Positions 7,564 to 17,168 of a stretch of 64,000 bases of DNA are shown one piece after another. Under the pieces are notes generated by a model. It saw only the letters and a program-made list of their open reading frames with translations. It did not search any database and was not told the DNA's origin. The stretch spans positions 1,190,055 to 1,254,054 of the forward strand of contig CP070737.1 of NCBI GenBank assembly GCA_020347665.1, given 5' to 3'. The position numbers and the translations under genes were made by a program. Source of the DNA: Nitrospiraceae bacterium (GTDB lineage: Bacteria > Nitrospirota > Thermodesulfovibrionia > Thermodesulfovibrionales > UBA6898). Positions within the stretch are counted from its first letter, which is position 1. Each line of letters begins with the position of its first letter.

Positions 7564-10088
7564 GAGGATGCACCAATAAGATGTGAGGAGGAGAGCTTTT
7601 GTTTCAGGAATTTCCCGGTGTATGAGAGAGGATTATTGATGAGTTCTTCCGGAGTACCTTTACCTACAACCAATCCTCCTTTGTCCCCACCTTCGGGCCC
7701 GAGATCAATGATATAGTCTGATGATTTTATAATATCTAGGTTATGTTCTATTACGATTACTGTATTTCCCTTATCAACCAGCATATTAATGACATCAATT
7801 AACTTCTGTATGTCCACAAAATGAAGACCGGCTGTTGGTTCGTCAAGAATATAGAGAGTATTACCGGCCACCTTTTTGCCGAGTTCACGGGAAAGGCGTA
7901 ATCTCTGGGCCTCTCCTCCGGAAAGTGTTGTTGCCGGTTGTCCGAGTTTTATATATCCAAGACCTATGTCTTCAAGTATTTCCAGTCTTCGTCGAATCCG
8001 GGGTATGAGCTCAAAAAACTGCAAGGCTTCGGCCACCGTCATCTCAAGAATTTCAGCAATATTCTTCCCTTTATATCTTATTTCAAGCGTCTCTTTATTA
8101 TATCTCTGTGTTTTACAACTATCGCAGACGATATAAACATCTGGCAGAAAATGCATTTCCACTTTTATCAAACCATTGCCATGACAGGCTTCGCATCTCC
8201 CTCCCGAGACATTAAAGCTAAATCGAGCTGGCGAATATCCTCTAACTTTGGCATCGGTTAGCATCGAAAAAAGTTCTCTGATATACCCGAATATCCCTGT
8301 ATAGGTAGCCGGATTTGATCTTGGTGTCCGGCCGATAGGAGACTGATCAACACTGATAACGGCATTCAGTAATTCCAGTCCGGTTATACTTGCATACTTC
8401 CCTTCCGGCACCGTCGTATCACTACGGGAGTATTTCCTCTGTGCCGCTCTGTAGAGAATGTCCAGGAGGAGCGTGCTTTTCCCTGACCCGGACACGCCGG
8501 TAATGCAAGTGAATGTATTTAGAGGAATGGAAACATCGATATGCTTGAGATTATGTTCGGAGGCCCCCGTAATATGGATGAAATAATCCGGTAATCTTCT
8601 CGTTACGGGCAATGCAATGGATAATGTACCATCAAGATACTGTCCGGTAAGAGATTTTTTATTATGCTCGATCTCTTTCGGCGTGCCTTCTGCAACAACC
8701 CAGCCGCCTCTTGATCCTGCCCCGGGTCCCATGTCAACAATATGATCAGCCCATCGTATTGTTTCTTCGTCGTGTTCAACAACGATAATGGTGTTATCAG
8801 CATCCCGGATTGATGAGAGACTCTGTAATAATTTCACACAATCCTTGGGATGGAGACCGATACTCGGTTCATCAAGCACATACAGTACGCCGGTAAGTGA
8901 AGAGCCCATCTGTGTTGCCAGCCTGACTCTCTGAGACTCCCCACCCGAAAGAGTGACTGCTGGTCGGTCAAGCGTAAGATACCCAAGGCCAACCCGATCC
9001 AGGAATGACAGCCGGTCTGTTATTTCTTTTATAATTCGAGATGCTATTAACTCGTCCCGATCGGATAAGCGTGCAGATGACAAAAAAGATAACACATCCC
9101 GAACACTTTTCCTGCTGAACGCACCGATATGGATGCCCTGAAATGTGACATGTAATGCTTCCCGCCTGAGCCGGAATCCGCTACAGCTGGTGCAAACCGT
9201 ATGCTTGTCTAAACTCGTCGAGTCTTCATGGAGGTCTGTAAATCCGAGGCCGTTACATGCCGGACACATACCGGACGAGCTGTTAAAAGAAAAAAACCTT
9301 GGTGTTATCTCAGGATAGCTTATGCCGCATTTCATGCAGGCGGTTGTCCTCGAAAAAAGTATATCCTTGTTCGATTCTATGAAATTCACCACTACAGTGT
9401 CTGCGTATTTGAACGCTGTATCTACAGCATGACTGACCTGACGCTCAATACCGTTCTTTATAATTATTCTGTCCACAATGATTTCAATGGTATGACGTTT
9501 TTTCTTTTCGAGAATTATATTTTCAGTAAGATCTACCAGTGCGCTATCAATCCGGGCTCTGACGAACCCCTCACTGCGCATTTCCTGAAGTTCTTTTCTG
9601 TAATGACCCTTTCTATCCTTGACAATCGGAGCCAGAATCTGGATCTTTGTTTTTTCGGGGAAAGAGAGGATGGTTTTCACAATATTTTTTGATTCCTGCG
9701 AGGTTATCTCAGAGCCACAATGATAACAGAATGGTTTGCCCAGTCGTGCATACAGCAGCCTAAGGTAGTCATAAATCTCTGTAATGGTGCCGAGCGTTGA
9801 TCGTGGACTTCTGCTTACGGTCCTCTGATCTATTGCGATTGAAGGGGAGAGACCCTCAATCGCATCCACGTCAGGTCTCTGGAACTGCTCAAGGAATTGG
9901 CGGGAATATGCTGAAAGGCTTTCTACATATCGTCTCTGTCCCTCCGCATAGATCGTATCAATGGCCAGAGACGATTTACCTGAACCAGAAGGACCGGTAA
10001 TAACCGTTAATGTGCTTCTCGGTATCGAAATATCGATATTCTTGAGATTGTGCTCTCTGGCACCTTTTATTTTGATAACCTGTTGCAT
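7560..10088 (-). CDS. uvrA: excinuclease ABC subunit UvrA, short form (842 aa) lacking the insertion domain
   Basis: Two ABC modules (GPSGSGKSS, GVSGSGKST), LSGGE signatures and three Zn modules. The CxxC pairs C275/C278 and C299/C302 are only 20 aa apart. Stop overlaps the apbE start (ATGA). Confidence 0.9.
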   Translation of the reverse strand: MQQVIKIKGAREHNLKNIDISIPRSTLTVITGPSGSGKSSLAIDTIYAEGQRRYVESLSAYSRQFLEQFQRPDVDAIEGLSPSIAIDQRTVSRSPRSTLGTITEIYDYLRLLYARLGKPFCYHCGSEITSQESKNIVKTILSFPEKTKIQILAPIVKDRKGHYRKELQEMRSEGFVRARIDSALVDLTENIILEKKKRHTIEIIVDRIIIKNGIERQVSHAVDTAFKYADTVVVNFIESNKDILFSRTTACMKCGISYPEITPRFFSFNSSSGMCPACNGLGFTDLHEDSTSLDKHTVCTSCSGFRLRREALHVTFQGIHIGAFSRKSVRDVLSFLSSARLSDRDELIASRIIKEITDRLSFLDRVGLGYLTLDRPAVTLSGGESQRVRLATQMGSSLTGVLYVLDEPSIGLHPKDCVKLLQSLSSIRDADNTIIVVEHDEETIRWADHIVDMGPGAGSRGGWVVAEGTPKEIEHNKKSLTGQYLDGTLSIALPVTRRLPDYFIHITGASEHNLKHIDVSIPLNTFTCITGVSGSGKSTLLLDILYRAAQRKYSRSDTTVPEGKYASITGLELLNAVISVDQSPIGRTPRSNPATYTGIFGYIRELFSMLTDAKVRGYSPARFSFNVSGGRCEACHGNGLIKVEMHFLPDVYIVCDSCKTQRYNKETLEIRYKGKNIAEILEMTVAEALQFFELIPRIRRRLEILEDIGLGYIKLGQPATTLSGGEAQRLRLSRELGKKVAGNTLYILDEPTAGLHFVDIQKLIDVINMLVDKGNTVIVIEHNLDIIKSSDYIIDLGPEGGDKGGLVVGKGTPEELINNPLSYTGKFLKQKLSSSHLIGASS

Positions 10089-10158
10089 ACGGTAAATCTG
10101 TATTATACCTCATTAAAGTTATGAATCGGTATTGATTGAACGCCCTACGGTAAATCTG
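10088..10158. repeat. 13-bp perfect direct repeat TACGGTAAATCTG (10088-10100 and 10146-10158)
   Basis: Read directly. The first copy abuts and overlaps the uvrA start codon, and the second lies 58 bp further upstream of uvrA. Confidence 0.8.
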
Positions 10159-10432
10159 ACGCTTTCCTCTGATCCGTTTCTGTACCACTACATGCTGAAC
10201 AGAGCCGTCAGGAAAGAACACAAGAAAAGAGGAGGGTTTCGCGTATAAGGCGCTTGTTAGACTGATATTTTCCGGCAATTTGTTTTAAACTATAGACGAG
10301 AGAATCGGAGGATATGATGAGCAGGCATGGCTTTTATGACAGGCTCACATATCTTCTGCTTGGCTCCTCTGCAAGACCATGACTGCTCATAGAACAGAAT
10401 CAAATGAATCTGTATAAACAAGGAGGATAATA

Positions 10433-10660
10433 ATGCTGGACAAATTGAAAGTAGAAGAGGGGCTCAGCCAGATCAGACCGTTTCTGCAGAGAGATGGTGG
10501 GGATGTTGAGCTTATTGAAATTACGGATGATAATATCGTCAAAGTCAAACTGGTTGGTGCCTGCGGCACATGTCCAATGTCAATGATGACGCTTAAAGGC
10601 GGTGTCGAACGTGAGCTGAAAAAGGTTGTTCCCGAACTTAAGGCAGTAGAAGCTGTTTAA
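10433..10660 (+). CDS. NifU C-terminal-domain (Nfu-type) Fe-S cluster scaffold/carrier protein
   Basis: IRPFLQRDGGDVELIEI...GACGTCPMS..TLK.GVE. AAGGAGG Shine-Dalgarno upstream. Confidence 0.85.
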   Translation: MLDKLKVEEGLSQIRPFLQRDGGDVELIEITDDNIVKVKLVGACGTCPMSMMTLKGGVERELKKVVPELKAVEAV

Positions 10661-10809
10661 TACGCAGGAGTATATGGCAAGCTTTCATCGTGGTATCCAC
10701 GGACATGCTTCGTTATGACATTTGATGCAAAACAGCAGCCTGCTGAATAAAGGAGAACCAGTTTCACTGAGCACAGTCATCAATCGGTGATGCAGACTAA
10801 AAAATACGG

Positions 10810-11541
10810 ATGAGTATCAAACACGATATCTTTTCACTCACCTCGGCTTTTCTTTTCATAATCTTCTGTCTGTCTGTTATTACTTTGGCACAGGCAGATG
10901 AGGACTTCACACAAAAACGTCTGGCGATGGTAAAAAATGATATTCAAGGAAGAGGGATTCAGGATAAAAGAGTGATTGATGCCTTAGCGAAAATCGAAAG
11001 GCATCTTTTTGTCAGCAAGCGCCTTCGGAAAAGGGCATACAGTGATCATCCACTGCCTATCGACGAGGGACAGACCATTTCGCAGCCGTATGTGGTAGCT
11101 CTTATGACCGAGGCACTGAAATTGAAACCGACTGACAGAGTTCTCGAGATAGGAACTGGCTCCGGCTACCAGGCTGCAGTTCTTGCAGAGATAGTAGCTG
11201 ATGTCTATACCATTGAAATTAGAAAGCACCTTGCAGAAAAGGCTGAAAAGCTTCTCAAAAGTCTGGGCTATGATAATATTTCAGCAAAACATGCGGATGG
11301 ATACTTTGGATGGAAAGAATATGCTCCTTTTGATGCCATCATCATTACTGCCGCTGCAAATCATATTCCGCCGCCGTTGATCAGGCAGCTTCGGGAAGGC
11401 GGAAGCCTTATCATACCGCTCGGCAGTACGGTGTTCACGCAGACATTGACACGTGCCACAAAAAGGAAAGGGGAACTTGATGTATATCAAATGGGCGGGG
11501 TAAGATTTGTTCCCATGACCGGGAGAGCTCAGGAGAGGTAA
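10810..11541 (+). CDS. pcm: protein-L-isoaspartate O-methyltransferase, possibly with an N-terminal signal peptide
   Basis: TISQPYVVA and [20 protein letters not shown] motifs. The first 29 aa look like a Sec signal ending AQA-DE. An alternative internal start at ATG 10927 would give a canonical cytoplasmic form. Confidence 0.85.
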   Translation: MSIKHDIFSLTSAFLFIIFCLSVITLAQADEDFTQKRLAMVKNDIQGRGIQDKRVIDALAKIERHLFVSKRLRKRAYSDHPLPIDEGQTISQPYVVALMTEALKLKPTDRVLEIGTGSGYQAAVLAEIVADVYTIEIRKHLAEKAEKLLKSLGYDNISAKHADGYFGWKEYAPFDAIIITAAANHIPPPLIRQLREGGSLIIPLGSTVFTQTLTRATKRKGELDVYQMGGVRFVPMTGRAQER

Positions 11542-11583
11542 TCCCCTGTATTAGTTATTCCGGGAGATCGTATCCGCACCTGT

Positions 11584-13956
11584 TTAAGACCCCTGATAAC
11601 CTGCAGCTCTGAGTGAAAGATACGCCAGTACATACAGTATCACGCCGGTAAACATCAAGAGTTTGAATCCTGCGGTTATGGCAAACATGATTGCAGCTAT
11701 CGGTGCAACCACTGAAAAGCATCCATTTACTGCCCACGCCCATGGAATGAGTTCCGGCCTTTTCCCTCCTATTAGTGAAAGCCCCAGAGGGAACGGTATG
11801 CCCATACCTATGCCTGCAGGCAGAAGAATAATGAAAACGAGCATAATCTTTATTATTAATGTGTAGGGAACCATGAACGATATAATGTCTGAAATGAATA
11901 TGCTGTATACAAGAATCGTAAGAGCCAGTACGAGTAGCATTTTGGCATTTCTGAATATGGGAAGAAACTGGCTCAATAGGCTCCCGATGCCCGAACTGAT
12001 CAGCATCGACGCGAGAACTGCCGAAGTGGCGTGCGACGGATTCACCAGGGGAAGAATCATTTTCTGGATAAACGAAATTTCGATGAACATAAATGCTAAA
12101 CCAAGAAACGCAAAATAAGACAGGGATAAAAAAAGCCTGGGGTGTTTCACAGGTGTCCGAATGGACATAAACGTAACGGATGGAAGCAGTATCAGGACCA
12201 TGCCCAGAAACACAACTTGTATCAATATAAGGGGCAAGAGATAGCCCTCTTCAAGAAAATACTGCCATTTCCCCCCCATCAGGGGATAAATTTTATGAAT
12301 ATTCCTGATTTTTAGAAAGTAATGAAAAAATGGATTGTCATCATGGACAGGTTCAATGTCGAATACATAATCCTTAATAAAATGTTTTTGTGTTGTCTTA
12401 TTTAAGAGGAGTTTAAATGAGTCAGCATACTCCCTGGTTGGCATTTTGATATATACATTGGTTTCGCTATCTGTAATGCCGGGGTAGTAGACAAGATCAA
12501 ATCGCTTATCACGTGCAAAATCCCTGATGACCATGATGTCTTTCCGGGATAATGCGGATTTCTTGGCAATTATGGTAATGGTGCCCCAGCTCCGAATGGC
12601 GGCGATATTATTTCCGATATCCTGAATATTCTGATTTTCAAAGGCCTTTGATATCGTATTAAGCAAACGCAATTCACTCCTTGGTGGCGGCAGAATAAAA
12701 AGATTTATGGCCAAAAAACCATCTGGCTTGAGATATGTGGCATATTCTTCAAAAGCCTCAACCGTGAAGCGATAATCCTCTGAAAACCCGAAAGACGACG
12801 ATGGCACTGATCCCATTATGGATATGTCAATCAGATCAAATGTCTTTCCGATTGAACGCAGCACGCTTCTGCCAAGTCCCTTCCAGACATGCTGGTCATA
12901 GACAGTGGTTGAAAAGCCTTCTGAAAAGTTTCTGATGGCCTTGACAATGGAAGGGTTTGATTCAACCGTGTAGATGTTCGACATACGATAATAATCCGCT
13001 GTGAGTGCGGAAAGGCCGCCTTTTGGGTCGAGGATCAGCACGTCAGTTTTGCGGGATAGTCTGTATGGTAACGCTGATGGCAGATATTCGATAAAACGGA
13101 GCTCTGTTCTACTGGTATCCTCTGTTATGGCGGATATATGACCGGCATCTTCCGTAATACCTGTTTGTTCAGGAAGGTTTTCAAGATATCTAAAACTGAG
13201 GCCGGGGGCAAATCTTACAGCAGGGCTGTTAAAAAGGTCTATACGTGAAAAAGGGCTGTGATAGGTCTTGAGGTGTTCAGCACCTGGATAATGCAGGGCA
13301 GTTTCAAGTGGTTTATAAGGTGAAATTCTCATATGGAGAAACGATGGATACAGAAATAGTGCAGCCAAATTTAAGAAGAGGAGGAGGGCGCATGCCAGCC
13401 ATATTCCTTTATTCCTGAACAGAAGTATGGGAATGATCAGAAGGCTTGAAAGGATAAAGACGATTTTGTCGGGACCGCTGATGCTGAGAAATGCAAGAAT
13501 CATGATTGAACCAATCCCGGCACCAGCAAGGTCTGCTCCGTAGATATATCCAATATATTTTCGTAGTGTTGAAAAGGCGGAAGCAACGATTAAACCGAAG
13601 GAAAAGAACGGTACTGCCAGAACAATATAATAAAGGCTGATATAGAACAGCTGAACCCTGTCCCACATAAATCTGGCCGGCTCAAAGGGGATCACGTTAA
13701 GAGCAAGATAGCTCGCGGGTATGCTCACAGAGAGCATGAGAGAATATAATGGTATATACTCCCATTTCTTTATGGCAGGGAATATCAAAAGCAGAGTGCC
13801 GCTCGCTGTGATACCGAGCATGGAAATGCTTATGACCATGAAGGCAAAGTGATACGAAAGCGCGACAGAAAAAATTCTAATAAGCGTTATTTCATAAGCA
13901 AGGCTTACAAGCGATGCCACAAAAACTGCAATGAGTATCAGAATGTGATCCTTCAT
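11584..13956 (-). CDS. large polytopic membrane protein with a central spermidine-synthase-like (class I methyltransferase fold) domain
   Basis: ~7 N-terminal and ~6 C-terminal TM helices flank VLILDPKGGLSALTADYY...YTVESNP...FDLIDISI. Confidence 0.5.
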   Translation of the reverse strand: MKDHILILIAVFVASLVSLAYEITLIRIFSVALSYHFAFMVISISMLGITASGTLLLIFPAIKKWEYIPLYSLMLSVSIPASYLALNVIPFEPARFMWDRVQLFYISLYYIVLAVPFFSFGLIVASAFSTLRKYIGYIYGADLAGAGIGSIMILAFLSISGPDKIVFILSSLLIIPILLFRNKGIWLACALLLFLNLAALFLYPSFLHMRISPYKPLETALHYPGAEHLKTYHSPFSRIDLFNSPAVRFAPGLSFRYLENLPEQTGITEDAGHISAITEDTSRTELRFIEYLPSALPYRLSRKTDVLILDPKGGLSALTADYYRMSNIYTVESNPSIVKAIRNFSEGFSTTVYDQHVWKGLGRSVLRSIGKTFDLIDISIMGSVPSSSFGFSEDYRFTVEAFEEYATYLKPDGFLAINLFILPPPRSELRLLNTISKAFENQNIQDIGNNIAAIRSWGTITIIAKKSALSRKDIMVIRDFARDKRFDLVYYPGITDSETNVYIKMPTREYADSFKLLLNKTTQKHFIKDYVFDIEPVHDDNPFFHYFLKIRNIHKIYPLMGGKWQYFLEEGYLLPLILIQVVFLGMVLILLPSVTFMSIRTPVKHPRLFLSLSYFAFLGLAFMFIEISFIQKMILPLVNPSHATSAVLASMLISSGIGSLLSQFLPIFRNAKMLLVLALTILVYSIFISDIISFMVPYTLIIKIMLVFIILLPAGIGMGIPFPLGLSLIGGKRPELIPWAWAVNGCFSVVAPIAAIMFAITAGFKLLMFTGVILYVLAYLSLRAAGYQGS

Positions 13957-14019
13957 AACATAACAAAATTATAACGTATAATTGTATATACTATAAAAAA
14001 GATCAATTGGAATATTTTT

Positions 14020-14880
14020 ATGACGTCTGTTCTACAAAAAGTTTCTATCTACTTCAGAATGGTCAAGTTTTCGCATTCTGTTTTTGCCCTTCCTTTTGCC
14101 TTTACAGCGGCGATAATCGCAGCATCGGGTATTCCTACTGTAACCCAGATATTCTGGATAGTTGTCGCAATGGTTGGCGGGCGATCAGGGGCCATGGGAC
14201 TCAACCGTATTATTGACAGACACATTGATCAGGCCAATCCTCGCACTGCCTCCCGCGAGCTGCCAAAAGGGCTGATAGGTGTGCGGGAGGCAGGGATTTT
14301 TGTAATAATATCATTCGGATTCATGATATATGCTTCATATATGCTGAATCCGCTTTGCCTGATGCTTTCTCCTGTTGCGATTGCGATACTTATCCTCTAT
14401 TCCTATACAAAAAGATTTACGTGGGTATCTCATTTTTTTCTCGGTATTGCCATATCTGCAGCACCGATTGGGGCCTGGATAGCTGTTCGTGGAACATTCG
14501 ATATTGAGATACTTGTTCTCGGATGTGCAGTTGTATTCTGGCTTGCAGGATTTGATATATTGTATGCCCTTCAGGACAGGGCATTTGATAAAAAATACGG
14601 ACTCTATTCCATTCCTCAGACATTCGGCGTCAGGAATTCTCTCAGGTTGAGCAGAATATTTCATGTGATTGCCTTTCTTTTTCTTTTTGTGAATGCTTTT
14701 GTCTTTGGCCTGGGCGGCTTTTACTGGGCTGGACTCTTTCTGGTAGCGGGCCTTTTTCTTTATGAACATTCGCTTGTTTCGGAACATGATCTGAGCAAGC
14801 TCAACATGGCTTTTTTCAATATGAACGGTTATATTAGTACAACTGTATTTTTCGGTACCCTCATGGATTATCTTGTATGA
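14020..14880 (+). CDS. UbiA-family aromatic prenyltransferase (4-hydroxybenzoate polyprenyltransferase-like)
   Basis: NRIIDRHIDQANPRT (NxxxDxxxD) and YALQDRAFDKKYG (second Asp-rich motif). ~8 TM. Overlaps ubiX by 4 nt. Confidence 0.8.
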   Translation: MTSVLQKVSIYFRMVKFSHSVFALPFAFTAAIIAASGIPTVTQIFWIVVAMVGGRSGAMGLNRIIDRHIDQANPRTASRELPKGLIGVREAGIFVIISFGFMIYASYMLNPLCLMLSPVAIAILILYSYTKRFTWVSHFFLGIAISAAPIGAWIAVRGTFDIEILVLGCAVVFWLAGFDILYALQDRAFDKKYGLYSIPQTFGVRNSLRLSRIFHVIAFLFLFVNAFVFGLGGFYWAGLFLVAGLFLYEHSLVSEHDLSKLNMAFFNMNGYISTTVFFGTLMDYLV

Positions 14881-15485
14881 AAAAATTTGTTTTTGCGATA
14901 ACCGGAGCTTCCGGGCCTATTATCGGGATACGAGTACTGAAAGAACTTATCCGGACCGCAGAGGTTTATCTGGTTGTCTCAAGACAGTCTTTTCAGATAA
15001 TGCTTGATGAAAGCAATATTGACTGGGTTGGCGGTACTGCTAAAGATATTCAGAATAAGATTAGAAAGTTTTACCGGTCAAAAAGAATCTACTATTATGA
15101 TGAAGCCGACATGTATGCTCCTATTGCGAGCGGGTCCTTTCAACATGACGGGATGTGTGTGGTACCGTGTTCAATGAAGAGTCTATCAGCAATAGCGCAT
15201 GGCTATGCACACACGCTTTTCGAGCGTGCAGCCGATGTAACGTTAAAGGAAGGAAGACGGCTCGTTATTTCACCACGGGAGACCCCATTCAGTGCCATTC
15301 ATCTCGAAAATATGCTGAAGCTTGCGCAACTGGGAGTGAAGATAGTGCCCCCGGTAATAGGTTTTTATCATGACCCCGGTGATATGGAGCATATAATCAA
15401 CTTTATCAGTGGTAAAATTCTTGATGCGATGGGTGTTGAGCATAATCTGTATAAACGGTGGACATCAAGAAGACCTTCCACATAA
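14877..15485 (+). CDS. ubiX: UbiX-family flavin prenyltransferase
   Basis: FAITGASGPIIG, VVPCSMKSLSAIAHG and ISPRETPFS motifs. Confidence 0.88.
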   Translation: MKKFVFAITGASGPIIGIRVLKELIRTAEVYLVVSRQSFQIMLDESNIDWVGGTAKDIQNKIRKFYRSKRIYYYDEADMYAPIASGSFQHDGMCVVPCSMKSLSAIAHGYAHTLFERAADVTLKEGRRLVISPRETPFSAIHLENMLKLAQLGVKIVPPVIGFYHDPGDMEHIINFISGKILDAMGVEHNLYKRWTSRRPST

Positions 15486-15631
15486 CAAACGCTCTTTTTT
15501 CATAGCAATCCTTTAGGCATGGTGCAGAATGTATGTTGGTATGGTGTGGTTTTATGAATAAGAGGCGTGCCGGTAAATCCAGAAATCAATACTATAACGG
15601 TTTTATCGATTAGCACGTGTAATCTGAATTC

Positions 15632-16876
15632 ATGACCTCCTTCAGTGAGAAAATGCAGAGACATCTTTTGCTTACTGTTTTTTCCATTCTTGTAACATTC
15701 TGCACGCCAGCGATAGTGCTTTCAGAAGATGATTCAAGCAATCACAGTTTATTCACAACAATCATGGAAGAACTCAAACGTGGTGAAGTCAATGGAACCG
15801 TAGGCTTATATTATGAACTTACTGATTACGAACAGAGCACTTTTGTTGAAGAAGAAGAGGTCATGCAGCTTGATGACAGCCGTCTGCTCATTCCTTATTT
15901 CCAGATAGAATACCAGTCGCGAGTTTATAAGCGGTTCAGTCTGGGAATCGGTTTCACGGGGTATGTTCATATTATCAAAGATGTAGAAGAAGAGGATGCA
16001 TTCAGGGATTTTGAGAGATTTCTTACGCATAAATTGTTTCTACAGTATGACATATCAAAAACAACTCTCAGGCTCGGGAGAATAGAACTGGAAGACAGTC
16101 TTTTCCTGACCGATTATTACAAGGCCCTGAGTCTTTCTTTGCGGGAAATTGAGAATATTGGTTTTTTGTTTGCGTATATAGAAGAAGTTGCAGAAGCGGA
16201 TATTGACAAACTGACGGATTTTCAGGATATCAACAGGGGCGATACGTCTATCGACGATCATCTTGTAGCAATGGAAATACCCGTGGATATTATACCGGAA
16301 TCATTTTCTGCTACTCTGTATTACTATCACCAGGGCAACCTGTACGACCTCTATGGTAAACATGTGGAGTTTTCGCACAATTTCAATGAGGTAACTCTTG
16401 GTCTCTATGTTGATTACTACGCCACTCATGAAGACAGCAAAAACGGCATGAGAAACATACAAGATGAAGTAGAAGATACTGATATTTATCATATTAGTCC
16501 GTTTGTGGAATATGAAAATTTCGCTTTAACAGCGGGATACATCCAGGCAGACCGTAACGTCGGTGCACGTGAAGGTGGTCTGATAGACGATTATTTTAAT
16601 CCCTTTAATGAAGGTGACAGAGTGTATGAACCTGACGCTAAAACCGTGTATGGCTCTGTAGAATATCATACTGATCATATTATTGTGGAGATAGTGTATG
16701 GAGAGACAACATTTCGTGATGATCTCCTGCGCTTAAAAGAGCGAGAACTTGATTTAAATGGAAGCCTTGAATTCTGGAAAAATGTGAAGCTGGAAACCGA
16801 ATTTGCCATTGTGAATAGTGAAAGCCCTGAAGGTGATTTTGTTCTTCTGGAAACAGCATTGACATATGAATTCTAA
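15632..16876 (+). CDS. outer-membrane beta-barrel porin (OprD/Opr-like)
   Basis: Signal peptide, alternating beta-strand pattern and a C-terminal ...ALTYEF aromatic terminus. Confidence 0.55.
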   Translation: MTSFSEKMQRHLLLTVFSILVTFCTPAIVLSEDDSSNHSLFTTIMEELKRGEVNGTVGLYYELTDYEQSTFVEEEEVMQLDDSRLLIPYFQIEYQSRVYKRFSLGIGFTGYVHIIKDVEEEDAFRDFERFLTHKLFLQYDISKTTLRLGRIELEDSLFLTDYYKALSLSLREIENIGFLFAYIEEVAEADIDKLTDFQDINRGDTSIDDHLVAMEIPVDIIPESFSATLYYYHQGNLYDLYGKHVEFSHNFNEVTLGLYVDYYATHEDSKNGMRNIQDEVEDTDIYHISPFVEYENFALTAGYIQADRNVGAREGGLIDDYFNPFNEGDRVYEPDAKTVYGSVEYHTDHIIVEIVYGETTFRDDLLRLKERELDLNGSLEFWKNVKLETEFAIVNSESPEGDFVLLETALTYEF

Positions 16877-17031
16877 TGAATTCACTATAGTATTCAGGCC
16901 ATATCAATTATAAAGTCCGCTGAAGCCCTCTTTGCTCTGCGGTTTTCGCTTCAGCAGCCTGACTTTCATGATACCCTGGGATTTTCTTTTATTATAAGAA
17001 GTTGTATTGTATGAAAAGATATCAAGGGAGA

Positions 17032-17067
17032 TATGTGATAATCTCCTGATAATTATTATGTGATAAT
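17032..17067 (+). promoter_or_regulatory. cluster of TGATAAT heptads (two embedded in an 11-bp repeat TATGTGATAAT), candidate response-regulator binding site
   Basis: TGATAAT at 17036-17042, 17047-17053 and 17061-17067, with spacings of 11 and 14 bp. Lies ~100-135 bp upstream of the OmpR-family regulator gene. Confidence 0.35.
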
Positions 17068-17168
17068 ATTTTTTATAAGACCATGCTAAAAATGGTGACA
17101 TACGGCAATGAATAGCCTTCAACTGTTGTGCAGTATCCTGAAACGGTTTTTTTTGAGTTTTTGGAGTA

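Noticed and set aside
9228-9692. 154-aa plus-strand ORF and the other antisense ORFs inside uvrA (7876-8261, 8953-9141, 9797-10000)
   Set aside because: All are shadow ORFs opposite a confidently identified, uninterrupted uvrA.
10088-10102. The 13-mer plus flank (TACAGATTTACCGTA on the uvrA strand) read as a LexA box
   Set aside because: Only the terminal TAC/GTA are palindromic, and it does not match any LexA consensus I remember. It is kept only as an unexplained direct repeat.
10314-10382. 22-codon mini-ORF (MMSRHGFYDRLTYLLLGSSARP-TGA) preceded by GGAGGA, considered as a leader peptide or a second UGA-recoding case
   Set aside because: The Shine-Dalgarno spacing is too short (1 nt). The sequence after the TGA is not protein-like and has no downstream hairpin, and it shows no conserved look.
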